A DNA stretch of 63,054 nucleotides, filler included, from Sphacelaria rigidula (GCA_964200075.2; 9 parts of 9 records of this genome joined end to end with filler, not necessarily neighbours in it); one strand, 5' to 3'. Positions 48,824-62,160 are shown, counted from the first letter of the whole stretch. Made by a program: numbers and translations. The notes: a model not told the origin generated them from the letters alone.

Positions 48824-49220
48824 CTGCCGCACGTAGAAATGAACACGTGACACACCAGCGCCATCAGCGTATGCCGTACATGATTGTACGATCACTACAT
48901 TGATTTCCCCCCTACTGGTGTCGTACTTCTGGCAGTTTGGTTTCAGTTTTTTCTCTCTAAGGCCGCTTCCTATAATAGACAAAAATAAAAACCCGGAAAA
49001 ATGTCTTTTTGGAGCTTTTACNNNNNNNNNNNNNNNNNNNNNNNNNNNNNNNNNNNNNNNNNNNNTTAATTAATTAANNNNNNNNNNNNNNNNNNNNNNN
49101 NNNNNNNNNNNNNNNNNNNNNTCCGGGTTCTCATCCTCAATCAAAAGCACCATCCTCAACATAGATGATCGGCTGTTTTTAGTACGGCGGGGCTGTAGTA
49201 CCACTTACCACTGACCAATA

Positions 49221-49822
49221 CGAGCTGGGCCAGCTTAAAAGAGGCTAAAAGTTGCTCACACCACAGCTTTCCCAGTTTCCCGAGTGAACCCAGTGTAATC
49301 ATATCACTGTAAAGTGTAGACCGACCTGGTAACACACGGCACCGCCGCTGAATGAAAAAAAATTATGACAAAAAAACCTACTGCATAATGTATTGCATTA
49401 ACGACGGACGAAAAAAAAAAGAATATGTCGGGGTTCGAACTCATGATCTCCACAATTGGAATCTCCCATCACTTGATTTATAGGGGTGCGGCAGCGTCAC
49501 GGGAAATGTTGAACGCACGGCCCAATTCGACGACTCTTGAACTGAAATTTTAGGCAGACCTTCTGCACTTCAGGAACTGATACTTCACGTGAGCAGCTGC
49601 AGATTCTCCTTTTTTTCCTGTACTCATGACAGTATCTTGTTTGTGCTGAAATTTCAAATGTCCATCACTTCTTGTTCTTTTTTTTTTTTTCTTTGATGCT
49701 CACGTCATCTTCTGCATTTCGATCATAAACACCTGCTGTCAAAAATTCAGCGTTCAACTCCTAATATCGCGTCATGCGTCGCCTGAGCGAGATTCACACC
49801 TACTCTTGGCTGGCCCAGCTCG
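49221..49822. mobile_element. Mariner-like MITE with TA TSD
   Basis: TA|CGAGCTGGGCCAGC ... GCTGGCCCAGCTCG|TA. A similar end, TACGAGCTGGGCTAGC, lies at ~6743. Confidence 0.8.
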
Positions 49823-50635
49823 TATTTTATTTTCGTGTTTCAATTAAATTCTGTTCAACGCTCTCAGACGGGGTTTAACAAACCGATGATTGATTCCTTC
49901 TGTAGGATGAGCTTTGGGAAAAAAATTATTCGCATACATCAGCATTTTTCGAAACCAATACGATTGGTCTCACCGGCCGTGATGTGTGGCCTTGCAAACC
50001 TCGGATGAATTTCTTTTGGGGATGAACGAGGCCACATATCATAACCGGAGAGTTCATAATATAAATACCCTTCCTTTCCGAAAACCGTTCGATGCTTAGG
50101 ATCGTTCCCACTGCTCATCCTCGGAAACCAATCCGTCCGCAATTTGTACAATCCCGTGTTCCTCGCTTTCAGTCCGGCGTAAACATCACTTGGATGTTGT
50201 GGTAGAGTATCCGTCACAAGCGCGTGTTTCATGGTCCGGTTCATTTTGCTTTAGACACCTCTAATTGTCTCCCTGACTGGGTTTGCTGAGTTATGCGACA
50301 ATGCACCTCGATCTGATCCGATCTATCCACCTTCTTCTCTTTTCCGATCGAGAGCAAAGGGGAGGTTAGCTTTGGATCGTACGTTGATGTACCAGAAATA
50401 TATAATCTTTGGAAACACAATTTGATCATCAGGTGTTCTTATTTCCAGCAAAACCGCAGAAACGAAAACCGCAGACAAATGCGCATGATGAACTTGCGAT
50501 GTGAGTTGATCCTTGACTGGCAAAACGATTTGTCACCGAGACATGTATGACTGCGTCAATAACAACCAACAACAGCTGCATATACCTCTGCCCGCTCCCT
50601 GTTCCAAACCATCCCGAACATGACTTACGTTCTAG

Positions 50636-50797
50636 TGCCGCCCTCCTACCGGGGCCGCGGCAGTCGAAGTGGACGGGGGTGACTGCGGCGTACTGTGGGC
50701 ACAGTGTGGCGGAATAACCTGGGACGGGCCCACGTGCTGCCTCGGGAGCCTTGAATGTACAAGGATAAACGATTATTATTATCAGTGTACCTCTTGA
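50636..50797 (+). CDS. Terminal exon encoding a CBM1 (fungal-type cellulose-binding) module
   Basis: TTCTAG|TGC...TGA encodes [53 protein letters not shown], matching the CBM1 pattern W.QCGG..W.GPT.C....C...N.YY.QC. It is below the ORF-track length cutoff. Confidence 0.93.
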   Translation, partial: CRPPTGAAAVEVDGGDCGVLWAQCGGITWDGPTCCLGSLECTRINDYYYQCTS

Positions 50798-51334
50798 TCT
50801 ATATCAGACCGGAAACCGGAATGACAGCATTGTACATGAATGTAGTCCTTTCTTTGTCACTTTGTACAGAGCCCCGATATCGGGGGACAGTCTGTTCCGG
50901 CTCAGAACGTAGAGGATGGAAACTACTTTTTACGTAAATATAGAGCATATACATAAAATAGAGCATACCTGCATATTGACCCGGCATTGACAGTCAGCAA
51001 CCAAGCTACCTGAGGTACTGTGGGGGACACCTTCGAGGCGATCGTTTAAAGGACCGCGGTTTGAAGGAGGTTATGAAAACCCTAGGGATTAACGCGGAGC
51101 ATTATGACCATCTTGTGTTGTGCATACAACCAAGCTTGGTGCCCCGCTTCCGTAGGGTCCATGGATGAGAGGTTCCATACTCAAGATGGTGAGGTTGTAG
51201 TCGACGAGTCGCAATCTTTGGCATCTTCAAGTGGGGTTGAGTGTTGTTTCTGTTCAAGACCTTTCCACCGAAGCCATGTGTCAGAGGTTATCGATTTATT
51301 TATATATACTCCCCCCCCCCCAGTTTTCTCTCAA

Positions 51335-51610
51335 CTTTGTATTCTTAGTCTGTTCTACCTTTTGGCCGTAAAGGGTCCTGTACCGAGTACTATTTTGGAT
51401 GCGACGTAGACGTTATTCAGCAATCGAGGATCTTTGTATTCTTAGCCTGTTCTACCTTTTGGCCGTAAAGGGTCCTGTACCGAGTACTATGTTGATGCGA
51501 CGTAGACGTTATTCAGGAATCGAGCATCTTTGTATTCTTAGTCTGTTCTACCTTTTGGCCGGAAAGGGTCCTGTACCGAGTACTATTTTGGATGCGACGT
51601 AGATGTTATT
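51335..51610 (+). repeat. ~97-bp tandem repeat, about 3 units
   Basis: CTTTGTATTCTTAG.CTGTTCTACCTTTTGGCCG.AAAGGGTCCTGTACCGAGTACTAT starts at 51335, 51432 and 51528. Confidence 0.95.
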
Positions 51611-51692
51611 AGTAGAGCATAGGGCATTTTACATGCATTTCATGATCACAAAACAGTTGTTTTGGTTGGCGTTGGAGACCACAGAGACACAC

Positions 51693-52136
51693 TTAACACG
51701 GGATCTTACAAATTGGGGATGGATATTTTATTGGGGATGAGAACCCGGAGGATTAAAATCTTCATGTCCACACCAAGTCTTCAAAATATGATTCCATTTC
51801 TTGACCTCCTGAGAGCTAGTGGCAACTGCTACCCGCCGTAGAAATTTGGATGTCGATCATCGAAGTGTTGGGTCCTACGTGAAAAACCAATTTTGGTGAA
51901 TTCCGGGTGTCCGAACGGACGCCAAAATGGCTCCGACTATTTTTTCACCTAGGACCCCAGCACTTCGGTGACCGAAATCCAAATTTCTATGGCGTGTAGC
52001 AGTTGTCAATAGCTATCAGTAGGTGAAGAAATGGTACCATATTCCGAAGATTTGATGTGGATACGAAGATTTTAATCCTCCGGGTTTCTCATCTCCCAAA
52101 AAAGATCCATCCCCAATTTGTAAGATGCTGTGTTAA
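51693..52136. mobile_element. Foldback MITE with ~200-bp arms; related half-copies form both ends of this scaffold (49122-49177, 55972-56038)
   Basis: TTAACAC.G.ATCTTACAAATTGGGGATGGAT...GATGAGAACCCGGAGGATTAAAAT is mirrored at the right end, which finishes ...GTAAGATGCTGTGTTAA. Confidence 0.85.
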
Positions 52137-53635
52137 TTGCCAGGAATCCTGCAAACGTAAGAGTATATCGTACGCCCCCTCGTGAGACATTTATTTGTTA
52201 CGCGTATTCTGTCTTCGTAGATGATTTGTACTATATACGCTTGTACAAGATGGGTTTACATATCGGGTGATCCATTCATATATTTTACTCTGTTCAGGTG
52301 ACTTTGGGCCGTTTAATTCGTTTTTTCCTTAGCCTGTGCCGTTGAACTTTCTCTTTACAACGGACGACGATTGGTGATAAATGTAGTCGTTCCGTGATCC
52401 CGTTTTCAAGTTGCTTGCGGGGACTGCTTTCAAAAGGGTAACTAATCGAACAAATAGGGGAACCTTGACCAACGGAGTTAGCTTCGAAAGTGGTTTATGA
52501 AGAGGTTGCGTCGGTGTTACGCAGTTTGGAGGCAAGGGTTGAATTGAAATTGCTTCGCATTCCTTTACAACTAGAGTTCCACCAAACGGATATGTTCGAA
52601 ATATTCGTATTGGACAGTAACGAACTTCTTATATGACCAATGATTGGTTCCATCCGTGTACGGCGCATAAGTTTCATTTGAGGGTTGGATTCCAAAGGTT
52701 CCGTCGTTCCGCAGAGAAATTCAAACCGGCGCGCGGCAGATTGTAAAAGGCCAACCTATCGGTCAGGGGCAACGCCCGACTTTCACAGTGTTCCTTGTTT
52801 TGGGCATATTTTCGTGCATGTCGTTCGGTTCTAAGTTTGATTCTAGGTGAGGCAGATGCTGACACGTATGGTAAGATATGGCGTTCTGAGATGAGGTGAG
52901 GCGACCACTCTCGCTCATCACTCTAGTTTGGACCGACCTTGGAACACCTTCGGTTGCTCCTGTCGGCTAGCAGAGTTTCTACTGTTGAGCCTTGGATATG
53001 GATAAAGACATGCTCGTTTGTGTTTCATAATGTACTTGCTTCCTCCCATCGCCTGCGATCGCCTTGGGCTCTGTATGCGTGCAATATGTATGTGGTCACT
53101 CTAAAGACGCACCTCACGACTCAAGCCGTTGATTTTGTGTGTGACCTGGACTTTCATTTTCAGGTAGTTTGTGCACCTCGTTTCAAGGTAAAGCTTTTCT
53201 TTCGATCACGGTACCGGGCTTCAGCTGGGATGGAGTGATTGTTTCAGCATTTGCGCCAACAAAAAAAAGGCCGATACTCTTCAGGTATCCTCACTAGGGT
53301 TTTCTGTGTTTTGAGTCTGCCAATTCTCGAATCATGTTTCCGACGTTTGCGCGAACAGAGCACTGTATCGATACCGTAACGGCACCCTCAGTAAGTTGTC
53401 GAGCAGCATCTTACGCTGCATGCTCCCAGGGTATATACCACGAGGAGCTACCTCATCGGCCCGTGTATCAGCACGAGTATTGCATGCTCGACCTCATTGT
53501 TGGAGTGATGTGTTCTTGCTTGTTATTCCTTGACGGGCTCCTACCGCGAGTGATGGGCTTCCCGAAAGATGCTTGTTTCGACCGTCTGTAGTATTAATAC
53601 AGTCCTTCTAGATGGCCATGGACGAGCCGTACGCT

Positions 53636-54200
53636 ACGAGCTGATTCACGGTGAACACCCAAAAAACACTCATCGGCAAAACCTCACGCCTTTCAAGGAG
53701 TTAGATCCTGAAAATTTCACATATGTCCTATGGTTTATTACGCAACTTTCGAAGTACGATTTTATTTTTTTACTCTTTAAATGTTTTCACCGTTTTTCGG
53801 GGGTCCCCATTTTTTCGGGAAAACATCGATCCAGTCGGATCCCCGTAAAATGGGGTATATATATTTAACCTCGTTTTTTCAAAGTTGCGTAATCACCCAT
53901 AGAACAGCTGTGCAAATTTCAGCGTACAACTCCTTAAAATGGCGTGAGGTTTTTCGCTTTTGTGCGATAAACCTTGACGTACCGCGGTGAAACCGCGAAC
54001 AACTTGATTTTTGTACCAAAACGACGTTTTTGGGCCTTCTTTGACGTGAACATGAAAATTCAAGCATCGGTTGATCGAGGTTTGCGACGATATTTGTGGG
54101 TCATTCCCTTGTGTTATGCGGCAACAAATATTGCGCGAAAAAGGGGAAAAAAAAAATGAAAAAAATATAATGTAGTGCCGGCTTTCCGGGGTCGCATAAT
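53636..54200 (+). mobile_element. Non-autonomous DNA-transposon-like repeat with internal inverted blocks; second copy at ~59232-60180
   Basis: CACCCAAAAAACACTCATCGGCAAAACCTC.CGCC.TT.AAGGAGTTAGA and TTCTTTGACGTGAACATGA.AATTCAAGCATC are shared by both copies. Each starts TA|C(G/A)(A/G)GCTG.TTCA. Confidence 0.8.
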
Positions 54201-57200
54201 AACAGTGTGAAATAGAAGTCTAGGATGAACGATATCTGTAGGATGAGATTCCGAAAATCAAGAATCGCCATATCTCCCACGAAATCCACCAATTTTTCTT
54301 CGGTACGTGTGTGGCACCAACTACAAGTACGTCACAAAACATTAAGGAGATGTGCTTGATTCTCAGGGTTCAATAATAGAGCCAAAACCATATTTTCGAC
54401 ATTTCCGTGCAAACACGTGTAGGTGTCGAAGTATTCGTTATTAGCAGAGCAAGCCACAACCCAAGATGGGTGAGTATGTGACGCACTGGTCCTGTTTTCG
54501 ACTCGTTAACTCAAACAGTAAGGTCTCTCTCACACAAGGCACTCGTCAACAGCAGACAGCTGTTATTGAAAGCAAGCATCGAGCTCTTTCGATAAAAGGA
54601 AACACCAATTGACACCAAGGGATCATGATATACGTTACTCACTTCTTGAGAACGGCCTGCCGGCCAGAAAGATGAGACGCCGCGTAGACCAGATGAACAG
54701 CTGGTGGTCCTTCTTGTGATGAGTTCTACGGTAAGTCCTTCTCAGGCAGGTGAGACGCAAGTGAGCATCGTAGGCGATGCTGCTCACGATTACCCTCAAA
54801 CGCTCCTAGCTACACATACAATCTTGTCATATAGATACCAATCAGCGGGACGCACTGTACCTTAAGCCAATCAAAGCTGTAGTAGCAGCAGGTACACGCG
54901 GCTAATCGGGTACCATCCTGTATCTACCTTCAAGCAGCTGTGTCAACAGTAAAATGATCCAAATCCTGCCTCATACAAACAAATATTCGACTAGAATCTT
55001 TCCATACCCGCCGGTCGTTTCTAGGGACCATCTGCATATCCACAAAGAACTAGTTTTAATTCAGGCACTCAGTTATTTACCATCACATTATCCCACCCTG
55101 GATCGTTCAAGTGCAGTCCCGTTTAAGAAGAGACGAACTTGCATCGGGCCACACCTCTCCCACACCACAGAAAAACTGAGACTTCATTTGAAGATCAAGT
55201 CCTCTTTGAAACGGAAAACGGGAAGGGGCGATCAACACAAAAAAACAAGAATATACAAACACAAGCACAAAGAAAAGAGAAGAAAAAATTCGAACCGATA
55301 CAATGATTCGGTGTCCTCATGTTCGGTGAGTTCTTCAGACGGGGTCATGGGAAAAAAAATGAAAAAAAATGATAAGACCCAAAATCAACAATCACACCAT
55401 ATACCACAAAATGCAGAGTCTCGAGAATGTCGTGAGCATTTCCGTGATAGGTACAGAAAAGCAGAGACCAATCATTGAAACGATTATCCTACCCTGCCAT
55501 AACTATATCATGAATAAATAGTTCGCTCTTTTCCGAATGTCCGACTTGTTTTGGGTCATTGGTAGAAAAACAAGCAAGCCCGCCAAGGCATATTATATCG
55601 CTTCGATAACCAAAATCATGCTAATCACTCGCTCCAGTCAATCAGTAAAAGCAAACAACGTACAGCCGAGTTCGTCGCGGAAATGGTAGTTTACCGCGAA
55701 AACCATACGTTGATGAAAATACAAATAAATAGAATGATACGGACAAATCAACCCGTTTGATGTGAGTTAAGTGTCGGTACATGTTTGTGAGAACAACGAC
55801 TTGCTTGGGATGCCTGGTTGATGATCCAGTCGTACAGCATTTTTTTTTTTTTCACACGACAATACGAAAACAACCGACCGGTTTGTGAGGTCAGGTGTCC
55901 GTACACGTCAAAAGATACGTGGTGGACAATACACAACCTTCGGGCCTACTACGTTGTTCCGAGGCGGATTATAACAGCCAATCATCTATGTTGAGGATGG
56001 TGCTTTTGATTGAGGATGAGAACCCGGAGGATTAAAATNNNNNNNNNNNNNNNNNNNNNNNNNNNNNNNNNNNNNNNNNNNNTTAATTAATTAANNNNNN
56101 NNNNNNNNNNNNNNNNNNNNNNNNNNNNNNNNNNNNNNGGCCCCGGCGGGGGGCGCCCAAAAAAAAAAAAAGGTGTGATTGGGCGCCCAAAAAAAGGGGG
56201 AGAAAAACCCACACTTCCTTCCCCCCCCCCCCCCCCCCCCCCCCCCCGCCCTTTGTGCTCTGTCTCGAAAGGGAAGCGTGGTCAATGGTCGAACCACTAA
56301 GGCAAGCAACACATGAGTCCCCCCCCCTTCTCCCCATTCAATCGTCTCATGACTATGGCATGCATGATCATGAGTACACCCCCCCCCCTTATCTCCCTTT
56401 TCCTCGAAACACGTCGGTAGTTCAAGCGAGACGCAGCCGCTTCCCGATCGTCTATCGGTACAACTGACAACATAGGGATGGGAAAAACGAAGGTTCGAGT
56501 CCTACCAGATGTCTTCAGGTTCTTCCATCAATCCATCTGATTCCCGTTGTCTACAGGAAGCGCGAGGACGTGAGTGAGCAAAAAGAAATAGCTTGTTTGA
56601 CGGAGATGGGTAATGAGATTCGACGCGGTGCAGGAGTTTCCAGTCATGATCCAATCCGCAATGAAACGAAATGCAAGGCTTGTACCGGTGGTTGGGGCGT
56701 ACTCATTTGTTGCTTAGCATGTAGCAGGGGAAGGGGGTGGGTGTACTCATGATCATGCATGCCATAGTCATAAGACCATTGACCTCGAAGGGGAAGGGAT
56801 GGGGTGGGAGGGGGGCGTTGAAAGGTTGAGACCACGGACTCTTCCCGAGAAAGGGCAGAGGCTACAAGTGCGACGGGAAAAGGACCGAAAAAATACATAT
56901 ATGTCATATACATACCTATATTCTCCCTCTGATCGTGAATATAAGCAAGGTAAGGAAATTCGTAATATAAGCAAGGTTTGTACTATACGCTTTAAAGCAG
57001 GTCATGTAAGCACCGTTGGACGTCGGATAAGCTTGATATATGACCGGATATTACAAAACAAAAAGGGAGGGGATGATTCGTTATCATCCCCTGGTTGGTG
57101 AGACGTGAAAACTCCAGCTTGGTTGTACCGTGGTACGGGAGAAACTGACTGCGGGTGCTATCCCCGAGGTTGAAAAAAAAGTATTTCCGGGCGTGTTCAA

Positions 57201-57227
57201 GTGAAAAACGCTCCTCAGTCAAAGAAA

Positions 57228-57722
57228 ATACAAAATGTGGTCTAACTCGGGCCCAGGATAATTTTTTTGCGAACCGTTTTTTTTTTTTTTGCGGTTTCTT
57301 CGCGTTCCCGCAGAACGCCGAGAGCCGGCATTTTTCAAATTTCTCTCCAAGGAGGGTTCTCTTACCCCAGCAGAAGTAGCTCGAAATCACCACCCACTCT
57401 TTGAGCCTCAGGACAGAAGGCCAGCAAGGAGGTACCGAATCACGTCGTCTTCCTTAAAATCGTTGGAACTCTTGCGCTTTGGCCCTTGAACTGCACTCCC
57501 AGCAGCAGGCATGCCACATCACACGATGGGAAGGCTCTCGTCCGGAGGCCGAAAGAGTGGATGGTGATTTCGAGCTACTTCTGCTGAGGTAGGGAAACCC
57601 TTCTTGAAGGGAAATTTGAAAAAAATCGGTTCTCGGCGTTCTGCGGGAACGCGGAGAAACCGCAACAAAAAACAAATGTTGCCAAAAAAACTACCCTAGG
57701 GCCGCGTTAGACCGCATTTTGT
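57228..57722. mobile_element. Foldback MITE-like element, ~190-bp arms
   Basis: ACAAAATGTGGTCTAAC...CGCGTTCCCGCAGAACGCCGAGA...CAGCAGAAGTAGCTCGAAATCACCA is mirrored at ~57533-57722. Confidence 0.85.
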
Positions 57723-59231
57723 CCTTACTTTGCTTAAACTCGCGATCAGAGGGAGTAAATATCATTCCGTCGGTGAATGCTTGATATTTCTGGTATCGCG
57801 GATTGGATCATGACTAACGCTCCTGCTCAACGCATCGACGCTTATCAATTTTTCACTTCTACTACATAAGATCCTCACGAGCTCGGTGATAAACCAAATA
57901 CTCACCGAAAAAACGTACCTCCTGGGATTCGATTACTTAACGTTGCCCTTACTCGGTTTCCAAGACGTGAAGCACCACTTACATCACCGCGGTGCAGCAG
58001 CGCAGTACTCTGTAATATGTTTCACTCGACAACCTGGGTATCCTGGACAACCTCGTATTTTCGGGACAGTCGATACTAGTCCGGAAGATCCAGACGACCC
58101 ACCTTTGGCTATGAAAGAGGGTTCAGCGAGCAACCCGTGAAAAGCAGCACAATACAATTAATTAAATCAAAATAATTATTGTTTGGAGATGGGATGGATG
58201 GACGGTTGGTTGTATTTTATTTTTTGGACAAAGGAAAGACAATATGTACGTCATCGTCCGTCCCGTCAAAAATCCAGCACGTTCTTCCACTGAGATTTTT
58301 TCAGTACATGCGCGCGCACCGCACCGAGCAAAGTGTGCGGTCGTCCAGCACAGCATCAACCACGCGCTGCACTATACATACATACATACACGCATACACT
58401 GCTGGTAAAATAGTGCGCAACAATAATGAGAGCCTTCCATTATCGTGCAACATCCATCTGAGATATGGATCTTCTAAGTGGTCGTCCATCTGAGATACCA
58501 CACACGACGTGATATTGTCTAGGTCCAAAGCTCATGAGAGCATGGAGGCGCGTGCACTGTGCTACGTCGATAGAGGATTTTAGTGCACACTGGCTCGAGC
58601 GAAGCTTGCGACCGCTCCAGAGGCTTCCCCCACATGTCTGCCCCGAGGTAGTCTAGCCGAGCCTCGTGATGATCGGCACACGAATCCGCTTGCGGGGTGA
58701 GGGTTGGGTTAGGTTTCCCCCGTCCGTCAAGGAAATAAAATAAAATAAAATACGGCGTGATATCCAGTTGGGATATGAACGTTCATCTGGGGTATCAGAC
58801 TCGTCTGGTAAAAATCAGTGTTGGCCACATTCAGCAATTTCTCGTGCCACGATCAAACATGAAAAACGCCTCTTGCGGTTGTGTGCACATGAACAGCTGC
58901 AAAACAGGTGCGTCTCGAAATGGATTGATACGAACTTGGTCGAGACACCACACTTACCTACCCACCCCGCAGTGTGGGAAGGCTGATAAATGAGGTGCAG
59001 AAAAATACTTCATAGATGGGTAGTTGCCCAAATAAATAATCCTCCGTTCGCACGGCTATAGTCTCGAATGTTAAACGTCGGGCGTGCGCTCACATATTGA
59101 ACACCCTGGATAATGACAGTACACGGTCAACAGATGCATTAGACGAAAAAACTGTGCTGAGTGTTTTTTTTATTATTTCATTCAATTGTCGTACTTCGAC
59201 TGACCCCCGCCAGGGATCCAGTCGTGGTCTA

Positions 59232-60180
59232 TACAGGCTGGTTCAGGCATATCACCCAAAAAACACTCATCGGCAAAACCTCGCGCCGTTTTAAGGAGTT
59301 AGACCCTGAACATTTGCACAGATATTCCACGGGGCATTACGCAACTTTCGAGGGTCGACGTTTTTCGAATTTTTTACTATTTTCACCGTGTTTCGGGGGT
59401 CCCAGTTTCTCCGGGAAACATCGATTCAATCGGACCCTCGTAAAACGATGAAGAAAGAAAAACTAAAAACACCTCCTTCATCCAAAGTTGCGTAATGACC
59501 CTTAGCACAGCTGTGCGAAATTTCAGGGTCTAACTCCTTAAAACGGCGTGAGGTTGTTCGCTTTTGTGCGATGAACCGCAAACTACTTTATTTTAGTACG
59601 AAAACGGCGTCTTGGGGCCTTCTTTGACGTGAACATGAGAATTCAAGCATCAGTTGATCGAGTTTCGCGACAAACGTTCGTGGGATCCTTCCTAGGGTTA
59701 TGCGGGGACAGTTCGCCCACGAAAAAATGAAAAAAAAATCGTCGTGCCGGTTTTCCTGGGTCCCAGAATGGAGACTACTTCGAAAAACGACTTGGACCCC
59801 GTCGGCGCCCCGTAAAACGGTAAAAAACTTAAGAAGTAAAAATATATGATGCATAGAAAGTTGCGTAATAATACATGGCACATTTTTGCAAAGTTTCAAT
59901 ATCTAATTTCCAATAACGGCGTGAAAGCTTGCGCGTTTGTGGAGGACGTGGGCTTGAAACGTGCAGCTCTTAACTACTTGGTTTTAGTATGTAAACGTCT
60001 TTTTAAGTGAAATCCACGTCAAGGCCAGAAAAACTACATGAGATTTTCGAGTTTCTGCACCAAACTTTGTGCATGTGTTCCTTGGATTATCCCAGGACGC
60101 ACCATGTTAATTTTTTCTTTTAGGGTATTCTCTACCGGCTTCCGAGGGTCCTAGTATGAAGACCCCCGGAAGCCGGTAGA
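59232..60180 (+). mobile_element. Second, longer copy of the 53636-54200 repeat family
   Basis: Collinear similarity to 53636-54200, plus an extra degenerate internal duplication (AAAGTTGCGTAAT...GGCGTGA) at ~59857. Confidence 0.75.
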
Positions 60181-61823
60181 GAACGGGGAAATCATAAAAT
60201 ATTGTCAAAAACACAATATTTCCATGTGAGGCATCAATAGCTATGGAACTGCCAAGTTTAAGGGCGATCGGAGCTTTTCTACAACATATAGAGGGGACAC
60301 CGTCACGAGGCTCCCTGGGTCTTTCGTGCGCATTATTCGTGGTAATTAGACGACCGCAACACCAGACATCACCGAAACATCATGGTTTCGGGTATAATTC
60401 GACCCCGTAGTAACTGTTTTCAACTATGTTTTTTTCGTTAGATTCCCGAGCCGATGACGGTTACTGTGATTCTAAGCATGTGGAGATTGGGTCGAAATTG
60501 GGTTTGGAATTCGTAATTTCGATCTCGGAACAATTTGACCGGCGCCGATTGGTCGATATACCTTTTCGCCCTTAGCGTTACCACTATGGCCTTACACTCA
60601 AATCCGGCTATGTCACGCCCTTCAACTATCCATGGCGGTCAGTATGATACCACGTATGCGACTATTGGGTAGGTATTGCGAAAGGCATTTGCGGATGACA
60701 CAATTTTGGGGGATGAGCGTGAACCAGCCTGTAGACGTACCCGAGACAGAACAGAACCGAAGCACTCAAAAAAGAAGAAACAGAAAAGGTAAAACAGGGC
60801 AACACTGTGGAGTAGAGGCCTAGTGCAACTATTGGCGGTCGCGAGAATATTTGTAACAGGCTTATACTTTATCCAGTACATTTTATATATTGCATCTATT
60901 GACCACATATATATATATATATATCGTCCACGGTGTGCGCGCACATATTACAAAAATACTGCTACAAAGTACATTTATAATTTCATATTTTTCACCAATT
61001 TTGCCGACTTTTCTCTGGCGTCAAGGCATTTTTTCCCGCGCTTTCTTTTGTTGCGTCCTACGGCGGCGCTTCCGCTGTCGGCCTCCGTCCGGATTCCCAT
61101 ATTTCCGAACGACATCCGATAACACATGCGATGTTTCGTACAGCCACGATCACTGCTGTACATTGAAATACGACAGCTTCTCATAACCAAATAGTTTCGA
61201 CCTGCGTCACCCCCGGGAGGCCCGTACCAACCTCCCGAAGGGGGAACCTTGTATACATCTATATCATCCACAGTGTGCGCGCACATGTTGCAAAAACAGT
61301 GCTATAAATATTGACGTATCTACAGCAGGTGTCAAAATAAAGAGCCTGCGTATCTTGGCCAGCCAACGCAGATTCTTTGAGATGGTAAGCCGCGGCCAGA
61401 TGTGCCAAGAACAAAACCAGGCCGCAAATTCTTCTCCTTCCGGAGGCGAAAAATATTTTCGAGGATGAACAACATATTTTGATCAATCTTTGGAGTGTTT
61501 TTCATGTGTAACACTCATATTTTTGGCAGCCCTTGCACGGGGGGCGGCTCTACGACAGCGGCGCCCCCCGGGGGCCCTCCGGGAGGCGCATGTCGTCTCC
61601 GACTCGCGTCGGCGCTAGAGCAGACGGAGCCTGCAGGGAACTTAAACCCGGACGCACCGTATACTCCCCGCGTGACGCGTATACTCACAAAATGTTGGAG
61701 AACACGTCGAGGCCTTCCATGCGGAGGGGATCTCGCCGTCGGAGCTCCTTAAAATCCGCGTGTGCTTGATCGAAATCTTCAAAAAAAGAAACACACACAC
61801 ATATACACACACAATGGCACAAA

Positions 61824-61889
61824 GCACGAGGCACGAGGCACGAGACACGAGACACGAGACACGAGACACGAGACACGAGACACGAGACA
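61824..61889 (+). repeat. (GACACGA)n heptanucleotide repeat
   Basis: About 9 tandem units visible directly. Confidence 0.95.
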
Positions 61890-62160
61890 AACAAAAAGGA
61901 TTGAAAAAAATTGGCAAAGTTGTAGCCACTGTACGAGCAGAATAATATTTGAACCCTTCATCTAGTAAGAAGAGCGTATATCCATTTTTCAGCTAATTCA
62001 TGCATCATACTAGAATGATGAAATCGTTTGGACGTCTCCTGCCACCACACGACTCCTCTTTCGTCTCCCACGATGTGTCGGTGAGTCGGAAAAAGAAAAC
62101 ATTAAGTAACAACAGCAGAGCCACGGAAAAGACTTAACTGATTGGTCAATCTTGGCGTCA

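Noticed and set aside
44844..50797. Functional linkage of EXOSC6, the CBM1 gene and neighbouring genes as a cluster
   Set aside because: They are on different scaffolds separated by artificial linkers.
54954..55478. 174-aa ORF as a gene
   Set aside because: Lys-rich translation of A-rich low-complexity DNA, with no domain or convincing splice signals.
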